This document shows, piece after piece, positions 40,579 to 49,345 of a stretch of 64,000 bases of DNA. How positions within the stretch are numbered: the stretch's first letter is position 1; each line of letters opens with the position of its first letter. A program made the translations under genes and the position numbers. This DNA is from an uncultured Clostridia bacterium (lineage in GTDB: Bacteria > Bacillota > Clostridia > TANB77 > CAG-508). Below the pieces are notes generated by a model. The model made no database searches and was not told the DNA's origin. It worked only from the letters and a program-made list of their open reading frames with translations. Location: contig CALXZC010000001.1 in NCBI GenBank assembly GCA_944393135.1, positions 75,748 through 139,747 on the forward strand, given 5' to 3'.

Positions 40579-42033
40579 ATGGGAAAAGCAACTATTATAG
40601 AAGCACAAAATTCTAATACTGTTTATGAGCAAGGTAAAAGTAAAGGTACTTTAGGAAAACTTAAAGGTATTTTCGCTGATTATAAACACGGAACAAGAAA
40701 TAGTGATAGATTATATACAGAAGAACTTTGGGATAATAGAGTGTTTGGTTCTTCTGATGTTATGGAGGCATTACAAACAAAAACATTATTTGGAGAATTA
40801 GACCATCCTGAAGGAGATAGATGTGAAACACTTGCAAAAAATGCTGCGATTACAATTACTAAATTAGAGAAGAGACCAGATGAAGGAGTTATATATGGTG
40901 AAGCAGAAATATTAGATACACCTACTGGAAGAATTGTAAAAGCACTTGCAGATAGTGGAGCACAACTTGGTATAAGTTCAAGAGGTATGGGTGAAGAAAT
41001 ATATCAAGAAGGAAAAAATATTATCGACCCTGAAACCTATGATTTTATAACATTTGATGTTGTTGTAACACCAGCAAATACAAAAGCAAGAGTATCCTTA
41101 ACAGAAAGTAAACACTTAAATAAATTAACAGAAAGTGTAACACGTGAAATAAACGAAAGTGAAACTCAAAATCAATTAAACCAAATTAAATCTGTATTAC
41201 AAAATACTAATATAGAAAATAAAAATACTTTGTTAAAACAAGTAGAGAATAAACTACAAACATTAAATAAACCTGTTAATAATAAATTAACTGAGGCAAA
41301 TAAAACAATAGCTTTGAATTTATTAAAAAAGAGATTTACAGAACAGGCAACTACATTAGAACAAACAATAGAAGCAAGTAACCAACTTGCAAAAGAAAAT
41401 AAACAATTAATAGAAGAAAAACAGTTTTTAGATGAATCAAGAACAACAATAAAATCAAAATTAAAAGAAGCTAAAATACAAATAAATACTTTAAATAAAA
41501 ATATAGAAGATATGAAAACTTCTAATAAAAAAGCTATTAGTCAAAATACACAAGTATTACAAAAACAATTACAGATAGCTTTACAAAAAGCCGAAATGTT
41601 AGAAAGTGTTAATAAAGAATTACAAAAAAGTAATACTAATTTAACAGAAAATAATAAAAAATTAGATAAACAATTAAATAATATACAAGAAATTAATAAA
41701 CAACTAAGTAATGACTTAGATTATAATAATAAACTATTAATAGAAATGGATAATAAAAATAAATCTTTACAAAATAAAGTAAAAATATTACAAGAACAAA
41801 AACAAACAACACAAAATACAAATATAAAATTAACAGAAAATAAAAAATTACAAGAACAAAAAACAAAACAACTAGAAAATAAAGTTAAAGAATTAGAAGA
41901 TGAAGTAAATAGATTTTCAAAATTATCATTTAATCCTGTTATAAAAGCTACAAATATTGTAACAGAAAATTACGAAAATACTGAATATACACAGGACGAA
42001 ATTGATTTATTAAATACTTTAATTAATAAATAG
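40579..42033 (+). CDS. putative prohead protease-scaffold fusion (globular N-domain ~190 aa with His/Ser motifs + ~290-aa coiled coil), T4 gp21/gp22-like by position
   Basis: RBS aaggag; N-domain ELDHPEGD...GISSRGMG; C-terminal K/N/Q heptad coiled coil; immediately upstream of MCP. Confidence 0.5.
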   Translation: MGKATIIEAQNSNTVYEQGKSKGTLGKLKGIFADYKHGTRNSDRLYTEELWDNRVFGSSDVMEALQTKTLFGELDHPEGDRCETLAKNAAITITKLEKRPDEGVIYGEAEILDTPTGRIVKALADSGAQLGISSRGMGEEIYQEGKNIIDPETYDFITFDVVVTPANTKARVSLTESKHLNKLTESVTREINESETQNQLNQIKSVLQNTNIENKNTLLKQVENKLQTLNKPVNNKLTEANKTIALNLLKKRFTEQATTLEQTIEASNQLAKENKQLIEEKQFLDESRTTIKSKLKEAKIQINTLNKNIEDMKTSNKKAISQNTQVLQKQLQIALQKAEMLESVNKELQKSNTNLTENNKKLDKQLNNIQEINKQLSNDLDYNNKLLIEMDNKNKSLQNKVKILQEQKQTTQNTNIKLTENKKLQEQKTKQLENKVKELEDEVNRFSKLSFNPVIKATNIVTENYENTEYTQDEIDLLNTLINK

Positions 42034-42055
42034 TCTTAATTTTAAATTGCGTTAC

Positions 42056-42077
42056 GTAAAATATTATTGAAGTTAAG
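42056..42077 (+). promoter_or_regulatory. late-type motif GTAAAATATTATTGAAGTTAAG
   Basis: Upstream of major capsid gene. Confidence 0.4.
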
Positions 42078-42255
42078 TTTTTAATTTTAAATTACTTTGA
42101 AAGATATTTGGTAATTTGTTTAATATAAAGATTCTATAAAGATATTATGGACGGCTGAAGGAAACAGTTAGAAATTCCAAAAACTATAAAAATAAAATTT
42201 AAAAGAAAAGTATTAATTAAAAAAAAATAAAAAATAATAAGGAGTGAATTTAATA

Positions 42256-42557
42256 ATGGCAAAGGTTATAACAAAGGAATCTTTAAACAGACAAGTTGCT
42301 ACTAGCCCTATGGCTGCTAAATATGCTAAAAGAATTAATCTTTTAGAAACAGCTAGAAAAGTTGCAGGAGCACAACCAATGACAGCATATCAAAAACATT
42401 ATGTTGGTCAATTATTTGAAAATACACAAAAAGGAAATTTATATGAAGCATATACACAAGCTTCAAACGTAGGTAATTGGAGAAGAGATGCTATGAACAT
42501 AGTTTCAATAGCAGTTCAAAATACAATCCTAGACCAAATCGTTTCTATGCAAGCCAT
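42256..42557 (+). CDS. major capsid protein, exon 1 (T4 gp23-like); 3' boundary is a model
   Basis: ATG 42256 after aaggag; ORF runs to stop at 42574-76; P1-like pairing gccau/agtggc places U.G at 42557. Confidence 0.55.
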
Positions 42558-43798
42558 TAACGTTGAAGTGGCATAGTATAGTAATATACTATTCAAAACT
42601 CCGTGAACTGCTGGAAACTCCTAAAGCCTAAACAACGAAGCCTAAGTAACATAGTTTAGGATGATACAATGGACAATCAGCAACCGTTATAAAATAAGAG
42701 AGGCAAATAAAAATGAATAATAAACGACCTAAAACAGATTTAAATAAATTAAAAGATTTATATTTAAATACTAACTTAACAATAAAGGAAATTTGTAAAG
42801 AACTAGATGTAACATTTAGTACAGTAAAAAAGTGGATAAAAAGATTAGACTTACATAGAAGTGAGGAACTACAAAAACAAAGTTTTAAGAAAAAATATAT
42901 AACAAGAGAACAAAACTTATTAAATAAATATGGTGTAACAAATGTTTCTAAATTACCCCAAGTACAAGAAAAACAAAAACAACAAAGTTTAAAAATGTGG
43001 AAAAATAGAACATCACAAGAAAAAGAAGATTTATTTAATAAAGTAAATAATACTAAAATAAAACTGTATGGTAGTACAAAATATAATAATATAGAAAAAT
43101 GTCTACAAACAAAATTAAATAGATATGGCAGTTCTTCATATAATAATATGGAAAAAAATATACAGACAAGAATAAAAAATAGAACTTCTGGTAAATCTAA
43201 AGAAGAACAAGAATTAGAACAAGAATTAATAAATAAATATGGTAAAGAAAATGTACAAAAACAAGTAAGATTATCAAATAGAAGTGCTTTAAAATTTGAT
43301 TTTGTAATAAATAATACTTTATATATAGAACTAAATGGAGAATTTTGGCATAACTACAGACCGTTTAATCCAAATAATCCACAACATTTACAAGAATATT
43401 ATTCATTAAAAGAAAAGGGAAATGGTATCTATAAAGCAGTTGCAAAACATTGGAGATATAATGACCCTAGAAAATTAAAGTTTTGTATGGATAATAATAT
43501 AAATTACATAGTTTTATATTTTGATAAGTTACCTAATAATATAATGGATTTATTGGAAGAATATAAAGAAGGACAAATAATATTAACATACAAAAATAAT
43601 AAATTAACGGTTCAACGACTATCGAAAGCATAAATTAAGAGAAAAACTTAATTGAAGAAGTGAGTAGAGTACAATTCAAGTGAATTGGAAGTGCGGAGAT
43701 TCCTATAAAGGATAAAACAATATAGGAATATGATATAGTCTAATCTATATAGAAATATATAGAAAATAAGTGGAAACGACTTATTTGTAATATTAATG
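42558..43798 (+). mobile_element. group I intron (td-like, subgroup IA) interrupting major capsid gene, with internal homing-endonuclease ORF
   Basis: R element GGTTCAACGACTATCG at 43609-24 and S element ATGATATAGTCTAATC at ~43736-51 (10-mers identical to td); P8 hairpin cctata...tatagg; ends in G before exon 2. Confidence 0.7.
42713..43633 (+). CDS. intron-encoded homing endonuclease: N-terminal K[YL]G DNA-binding repeats + C-terminal Vsr-like nuclease (FDFVI...YIELNGEFWH)
   Basis: ORF 306 aa with RBS agagagg; 3' end overlaps intron P7 (R element). Confidence 0.65.
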   Translation: MNNKRPKTDLNKLKDLYLNTNLTIKEICKELDVTFSTVKKWIKRLDLHRSEELQKQSFKKKYITREQNLLNKYGVTNVSKLPQVQEKQKQQSLKMWKNRTSQEKEDLFNKVNNTKIKLYGSTKYNNIEKCLQTKLNRYGSSSYNNMEKNIQTRIKNRTSGKSKEEQELEQELINKYGKENVQKQVRLSNRSALKFDFVINNTLYIELNGEFWHNYRPFNPNNPQHLQEYYSLKEKGNGIYKAVAKHWRYNDPRKLKFCMDNNINYIVLYFDKLPNNIMDLLEEYKEGQIILTYKNNKLTVQRLSKA

Positions 43799-44888
43799 GA
43801 CAACGGCAGCAGAACTATTACCAATTCTAGAATTTAAATATGGAACAGACAAAGGTGAAACAAAAGCCGGAGATGTTGTATTAGATTCAACAGGATATGG
43901 TAAAACAGATAAATTCTATGATTCAAACATAGTAAATAATCAAGCAATCGGAGCTGGAGTAAAAACATACTTAGCACCATTTACACCAATTACAGCTGGA
44001 ACAGTTAAAGTTGTAAAAGCTGACGGAACAGTTGTAACAGATGATGGACAAGGTGCATTAAGTGATGGAGGTAGAGTAGATTATGCAACAGGTGAAGTTA
44101 CATTAAATGCTGCTGCAGCAGAAGGAGATACAATCTCTTATACATATAATAACTCACAAATACCAAACTACTTATATCCAGAATTAGATGGACATAATAA
44201 ACAACAAGTTGGAGACGTTACATTAGGAATTAAACCAGTTCTTATTGAAGCTGAAGAACACAAAATCAGAGCTGTATATGGATTAACAGCAGCTTACAGA
44301 ATCAATAAAGAATACAATGTAAATCTTCCACTTGAATTTGAAAAACAAGTTGCAAATGAAATGAACAAAGAGCAAGAAAGACTTGTTATGAACGATATAT
44401 TCACACAAGCAGCTGGTGGAAATGCTATCGTATGGTCAGCAACACCACGTCCAGGTGTAAGTGATGCAGAACACGTTGAAAGTTTACCAATTAAAATAAA
44501 CTTAGCAGCTTCTGAAATTTACACAAGAACAGGTGGTAACTTACAACCAAACTTTATCGTTGCAGGTTCAAACGTAGTTGCTTACTTAGCAAAAACAAAG
44601 AACTTCGAAGCAAACGAAGCACCAAAAAACGGAGGTTCTTTCTTAGCTGGTAGATTAGGAACATTAGATGTTTACCAAACACCAGGTATTGGAACTAACG
44701 ACTTCTTCCTAGGTGGAATTGGAAATGACTACTGGCAAGCTGGATATGTTGTTGGAAACTATATGCCAATTACATATACCCAACCAGTAACACTAGCAGA
44801 TTTCACAACACAATCAGGATGGGTTTCAATTTATGGTAGAAAAATGGTTAACCCACAACTATACCTAAGAGGAAGAATCACAGTTTAG
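43799..44888 (+). CDS. major capsid protein, exon 2 (T4 gp23-like C-terminal region)
   Basis: ~560 nt of strongly biased coding sequence in-frame upstream of first ATG (44361) with no possible start; NFIVAGSNVVAYLA and FLAGRLG...YVVGNYMP segments resemble gp23 family. Confidence 0.6.
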
Positions 44889-44940
44889 TCCTACAGACAA
44901 CAGACTTCTAAAGAAGTTTTTCATAAATTTTTCTCTTCGA

Positions 44941-44971
44941 ACAGGTACATTTCTGTACCTGTTTTTATTTT
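44941..44971 (+). terminator. rho-independent terminator after capsid gene
   Basis: acaggtaca-tttc-tgtacctgt 9-bp stem + tttttatttt. Confidence 0.8.
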
Positions 44972-45033
44972 GACTTTTTCCGGTTGGGTCTTGTATTTTG
45001 GTAATAAAATATTTAATTTTTGTAAAAAATACC

Positions 45034-45062
45034 TTTACGAAACCAGTAACTTATGTTATAAT
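45034..45062 (+). promoter_or_regulatory. sigma70-like promoter family copy (TTTACG-17-TATAAT, TGT extended -10)
   Basis: aataccTTTACGaaaccagtaacttatgtTATAAT. Confidence 0.5.
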
Positions 45063-45082
45063 AATTATGGAGGTAGAAATTT

Positions 45083-46762
45083 ATGAAAACAAATATATGT
45101 AAAAATTGTGGAAAAGAATTTAATTTAAATAAAGTGCAGGAATTAAATTATACTAAATACAATAAGCTAGTACAGTATTGTAATGAAGAATGTGGAAAAG
45201 AATTAATAAAACAATATTTAGAAACTACAAATTTAAAAAGAGAGTTAATTGCAAAAGAGTTAGGTATTAGTATAACAACATATGAAACACTTGCTAAAAA
45301 ATATAATTTAAAAAGAACAAAAGAACAAATTGCCAGATTAAAAGTACAAAATATGCAAACTACTATGCAAGAAAAATATGGTATAACAAATGCAATGGAA
45401 AAGAAAGAATTTAGACAAGCAATTAGTAATACTTATAGTAATCAAACAAAAGAAGAAAAACAAGAAAAAGTAAAAAGAATTAAACAAACAAAATTAGAAA
45501 AATATGGTGATGAGAATTACCATAATATAGAACAAGCCAAACAAACAATGCAAGAAAAATATGGAGTACAAATAGGATACCAAACAGAAAAATCTGTACA
45601 AAATAGAATTAAAAGTTCTATGGAGAAATACGGTGTAGACAATCCATTTAAATCCAGTGAAGTTCATAAATTAGCTAGACAAAGAATGAAAGAAAAATAT
45701 GGTGTAGAATATGGTTATAAAAGTAAAATTATTAGAAATAAAATTAATAAGTCAATAAAAGAAAAATATGGAGTAGACAATATAATGCACAGTTTTAAAT
45801 ATCAACGAAAAGTTAAACAAACTATGTTTGATAAATATAAAGTAACAAGTGGATTTTTAACACCTAATGCTATAAAATCTCATAAACAAGGTACTATATC
45901 AAAAATTAATAAGAAATGTGCTGAAGAGTTAAAACAAATTACCAATAAGCAAATTAAATTAGAAAAACCTATTTTCAAATATATTTATGATATACAATTA
46001 GGGGAGAATATTTTAATTGACATTAATCCAACTATATCACATAATGTTTATATAAGTTATCCATATTTATTAAAAGTTGTTAAGGATAATATACCTGTAT
46101 CTAAAGAATATCATTTAGATAGATTAAAAATAGCTGTAGAAAATGGTTATGATTTAATTAGTGTATTTGATTGGGATGATTGGGAAAAAATTAAATATTT
46201 ATTACAAGATAAAGAAACATTATATGCAAGAAAACTGGAAATTAAAGAAGTAGATAAAAAAGAATGTAATGAATTTTTAAATAATTATCATTTACAAAAT
46301 ACTTGTAACGGACAAGAAATTAGATTAGGACTATACAAGGATAACGAATTAATAGAAATAATGACATTTGGAAAACCAAGGTATAATAAAAATTATGAAT
46401 GGGAATTATTAAGACTTTGTACTAAACCGGAATATAAAGTAGTTGGTGGAGCTGAAAAATTATTTAAACATTTTATTAAATTAGTTAATCCTAAATCTAT
46501 TATATCTTATTGTGATAATTCTAAATTTAGTGGAGAAGTGTATACTAGATTAGGATTTACACAAAAAGGAAAACCAAGTCCTTCTTTACATTGGAGTAAA
46601 GGTAGTGAACATATAACAGATAATTTGTTAAGACAAAGAGGATTTGACCAGTTATTTAATACTAATTATGGTAAGGGTACAAGTAACGAAGAATTAATGA
46701 TAGAACACGGTTGGTTACCTATATATGATTGTGGACAAATGACTTTTATATGGCATAAATAA
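45083..46762 (+). CDS. free-standing homing-endonuclease-like protein: CxxC..CxxC zinc finger, 7 tandem ~22-aa EKYGV repeats, Vsr/DUF559-like nuclease-like segment, and extra C-terminal GNAT-like domain
   Basis: ORF 559 aa; RBS ggaggt; repeats shared with intron HEG at 42713. Confidence 0.6.
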   Translation: MKTNICKNCGKEFNLNKVQELNYTKYNKLVQYCNEECGKELIKQYLETTNLKRELIAKELGISITTYETLAKKYNLKRTKEQIARLKVQNMQTTMQEKYGITNAMEKKEFRQAISNTYSNQTKEEKQEKVKRIKQTKLEKYGDENYHNIEQAKQTMQEKYGVQIGYQTEKSVQNRIKSSMEKYGVDNPFKSSEVHKLARQRMKEKYGVEYGYKSKIIRNKINKSIKEKYGVDNIMHSFKYQRKVKQTMFDKYKVTSGFLTPNAIKSHKQGTISKINKKCAEELKQITNKQIKLEKPIFKYIYDIQLGENILIDINPTISHNVYISYPYLLKVVKDNIPVSKEYHLDRLKIAVENGYDLISVFDWDDWEKIKYLLQDKETLYARKLEIKEVDKKECNEFLNNYHLQNTCNGQEIRLGLYKDNELIEIMTFGKPRYNKNYEWELLRLCTKPEYKVVGGAEKLFKHFIKLVNPKSIISYCDNSKFSGEVYTRLGFTQKGKPSPSLHWSKGSEHITDNLLRQRGFDQLFNTNYGKGTSNEELMIEHGWLPIYDCGQMTFIWHK

Positions 46763-46789
46763 AATGTTTACAGATTTTAGTATAAACCC

Positions 46790-46818
46790 TTTACATATTT
46801 TTAATAATAATGTATAAT
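46790..46818 (+). promoter_or_regulatory. sigma70-like promoter family copy (TTTACA-17-TATAAT with TG)
   Basis: aaaccctTTACAtatttttaataataatgTATAAT. Confidence 0.6.
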
Positions 46819-46841
46819 ATAATTATAAGGAGGCTTTATAT

Positions 46842-47414
46842 ATGTATATAGTTAAATGGAAAAGTAAAAAATTAATAAGTGGAAACGATAGAACTTATTA
46901 TAGTAAAGCTGAAACATACTTTAAAGAATTTGAAGATAAAGATGAAGCTTTAGCATTATATAATAAGTTGCTAAATAGTGATAGTAAAAATTATATAAGA
47001 ACAAATGTTGAATTTATAAATACAAACAAAAATGTTGTAAACGAAACAATTAGATTAATAACAGAAAATGAAATATTAATGGAGATGGCTAACTTATCAC
47101 CTAAAAGAACTCATCTACAAGCTACTATTTGGTCAGACAATAACGGTGTTAGTAGAAATAAAAAAGATAAACAACCAAGAGTAAAAATTGAAACAAGTAA
47201 TTCAGAAGTATCTGTTTCTATTGAAAAAGAACCAAAAATATTAGCACAAACAAAAAATATAAAACAAAGTGATATGAAAAAAATAAAAGATGCTATGAAA
47301 TATGTAGGTCGTAATTATGATTTATTTTTAAAACATTATAACAGTAGTAATGACATATTTGATGATTACGATTTATTTAAAGCACTTGCGGAAAGAGGAG
47401 ATTATACATTATAA
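46842..47414 (+). CDS. hypothetical protein (190 aa)
   Basis: RBS aaggagg. Confidence 0.7.
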   Translation: MYIVKWKSKKLISGNDRTYYSKAETYFKEFEDKDEALALYNKLLNSDSKNYIRTNVEFINTNKNVVNETIRLITENEILMEMANLSPKRTHLQATIWSDNNGVSRNKKDKQPRVKIETSNSEVSVSIEKEPKILAQTKNIKQSDMKKIKDAMKYVGRNYDLFLKHYNSSNDIFDDYDLFKALAERGDYTL

Positions 47415-47434
47415 ATATAGAAAGGAAATTAAAT

Positions 47435-47569
47435 ATGTGGTGTAATAGATATAATAAAGAATGTGAGGAAGCTTTAAAATTTAATTGTAATATACTGAGT
47501 AGTAATGTTGATACGTCTAATGAATATATAGAGTGTATAAACTGTCTATTTGTAGAGGAGGATAAATAA
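47435..47569 (+). CDS. small Cys-rich protein (44 aa; 6 Cys incl. one CxxC pair), possible zinc ribbon
   Basis: RBS agaaaggaa; stop overlaps next start (taaATG). Confidence 0.4.
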   Translation: MWCNRYNKECEEALKFNCNILSSNVDTSNEYIECINCLFVEEDK

Positions 47570-47824
47570 ATGATTAATAAAGGGTCTGTAGAAAAATTAA
47601 ATTATTTCGGTAGTGTTATGCAGGCTTATGGATATATAGACGATTATGTATTTGGTATAACAGAGAATAATAGAGATAAAATGGAATTTACTTATAAAGG
47701 ACTTAATTGTATAGTTGTTTATATACCTACAAAAGGTTTTCAATGTTATGTGGAAAATGAAGATATTGGCATATTTCCAAATTATGAAAAATTTAAAAAC
47801 TATGTGGATAAAATAATTTTATAA
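47570..47824 (+). CDS. hypothetical protein (84 aa)
   Basis: RBS gaggagg. Confidence 0.65.
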   Translation: MINKGSVEKLNYFGSVMQAYGYIDDYVFGITENNRDKMEFTYKGLNCIVVYIPTKGFQCYVENEDIGIFPNYEKFKNYVDKIIL

Positions 47825-47906
47825 AATTTAATTATTTCTGTATGTGTGGGTATTTGTACTTACACATTTTTATTTAGGTGTTATTAAGAATAAAGGAGTG
47901 ATTTAA

Positions 47907-48254
47907 TTGAAAGTAAAAAATGTAGAACTTAAATGGAATGTGTTATATTGGAATACTAATAAAAATAAAGTAGAAAATTATAACATATTTAGTGACGATT
48001 TTAAAAATAATTTATATAAAAAAATTAAAACAAAGAAGATAACAAATTATAATGAATTAAGAGAAGATGTAAATAAATGGGCTATGTATCATTATTGGTC
48101 TAAAACAGAATGTGAAATGGCAATAGGACCATTGTGGCCTGACAAATTAGAGGATTTAGAACAATTTGAAAAAATAGATATGTATAGACAAATTGAAATG
48201 AATTTGGATAGAATTGTAGAATATATTATAAACACAATGCAAATTAAATTTTAA
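47907..48254 (+). CDS. hypothetical protein (115 aa), TTG start
   Basis: RBS aaaggagtg. Confidence 0.55.
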   Translation: MKVKNVELKWNVLYWNTNKNKVENYNIFSDDFKNNLYKKIKTKKITNYNELREDVNKWAMYHYWSKTECEMAIGPLWPDKLEDLEQFEKIDMYRQIEMNLDRIVEYIINTMQIKF

Positions 48255-48265
48255 GGGGAGATTAA

Positions 48266-49039
48266 ATGAAAGTATTATTTGTTGGCGATATACATACACA
48301 CGATTATATGATAGAAGATATAAAAAGATTAGATAAGGAATATAATTTTTATCGTATTGTATGTTTAGGAGATTATGTAGATGATTGGTTAAGTAGTGGT
48401 TATGATTCAATTGAAACATTAAATAAAATAATAGAATTAAAAAATAGTAATAAAGATAAATATATATTATTACTTGGTAATCACGAATTAAGTTATTTAG
48501 GTTTTCCCTGTTCAGGACACCAGTATAATCAAGAAAAGGAAATCCAAAATATATTATTAAAAAATATAGATTTATTTGATTTGTATTATTCAATTGATTT
48601 AGGTGACAAATATTATTATTGCACACACGCTGGAATAACAAATAGTTATATACACGGTGTATTAAACAAAATTAATGAGGAAGATTTTTATTTATATAAA
48701 ACAAATAGCTATATAAAAAATTTAGATACTATGAATAACGATAAATTACATTCTTTACATCTATTAAATAAGGTATCCAGTTTAAGAGGTGGTATAGACA
48801 ATTATAGTTCTATGGTATGGTGTGATAAAAGAGAACACGAATATTTTAGTATGGCAGAAAAATACTTAATTCCTTATCAAATTATAGGACATACACCTGT
48901 AACCACTGTATCCAATATATCTAGTGAAAATGGTGTGTTGTATTTTATAGATACACATTCTACATATAGGGATGGTAGAAATATAGGTGATAAAAGTTAT
49001 TTAATATGGAACGATGATAAATTTCAAATAGTTAAATAA
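48266..49039 (+). CDS. calcineurin-like metallophosphoesterase (Ser/Thr phosphatase / ApaH-like)
   Basis: GDIH, GDYVD, GNHE motifs in order; RBS aaggggag. Confidence 0.8.
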   Translation: MKVLFVGDIHTHDYMIEDIKRLDKEYNFYRIVCLGDYVDDWLSSGYDSIETLNKIIELKNSNKDKYILLLGNHELSYLGFPCSGHQYNQEKEIQNILLKNIDLFDLYYSIDLGDKYYYCTHAGITNSYIHGVLNKINEEDFYLYKTNSYIKNLDTMNNDKLHSLHLLNKVSSLRGGIDNYSSMVWCDKREHEYFSMAEKYLIPYQIIGHTPVTTVSNISSENGVLYFIDTHSTYRDGRNIGDKSYLIWNDDKFQIVK

Positions 49040-49083
49040 AGATATATTTTTATATCTTTATTTATTTTTATTAAAAATTATCC

Positions 49084-49112
49084 TTTACAAATTTTATATT
49101 ATATTATATAAT
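49084..49112 (+). promoter_or_regulatory. sigma70-like promoter family copy (TTTACA-17-TATAAT)
   Basis: tccTTTACAaattttatattatattaTATAAT. Confidence 0.55.
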
Positions 49113-49159
49113 ACTTCACATATCAAGGTGTTAATAATAATTGAAAGGAAGTGTAGTAA

Positions 49160-49345
49160 ATGGAGAAGGAAATTATTATTAAAGTAATAACTGATTCAAA
49201 ACAATCAGATATAGAACTTTGTAAAGATGCTATACAAGCTTTAAATGAAAAATTATTATTGGTACATAAAGTAGATATAAATAATAAATGTATTTATAAC
49301 TACGACCAGGGAGGCTTTATAAAGGAGGATAATAAAGATGAATAA
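49160..49345 (+). CDS. hypothetical small protein
   Basis: RBS aaaggaagtg. Confidence 0.55.
   Translation: MEKEIIIKVITDSKQSDIELCKDAIQALNEKLLLVHKVDINNKCIYNYDQGGFIKEDNKDE

Noticed and set aside
42577-43796. Alternative that the capsid-region homing-endonuclease gene is merely free-standing between two separate genes, or that the interruption is an intein
   Set aside because: The downstream coding segment has no possible start for ~560 nt, and R/S group I core elements are present. The upstream ORF ends in a stop and the frames differ, so it is not an intein.
47842-47875. Hairpin atgtgt...acacat + ttttatttagg before ORF 47907
   Set aside because: 6-bp stem with a 14-nt loop is weak, so it was not annotated as a terminator, although it is followed by a T-run.
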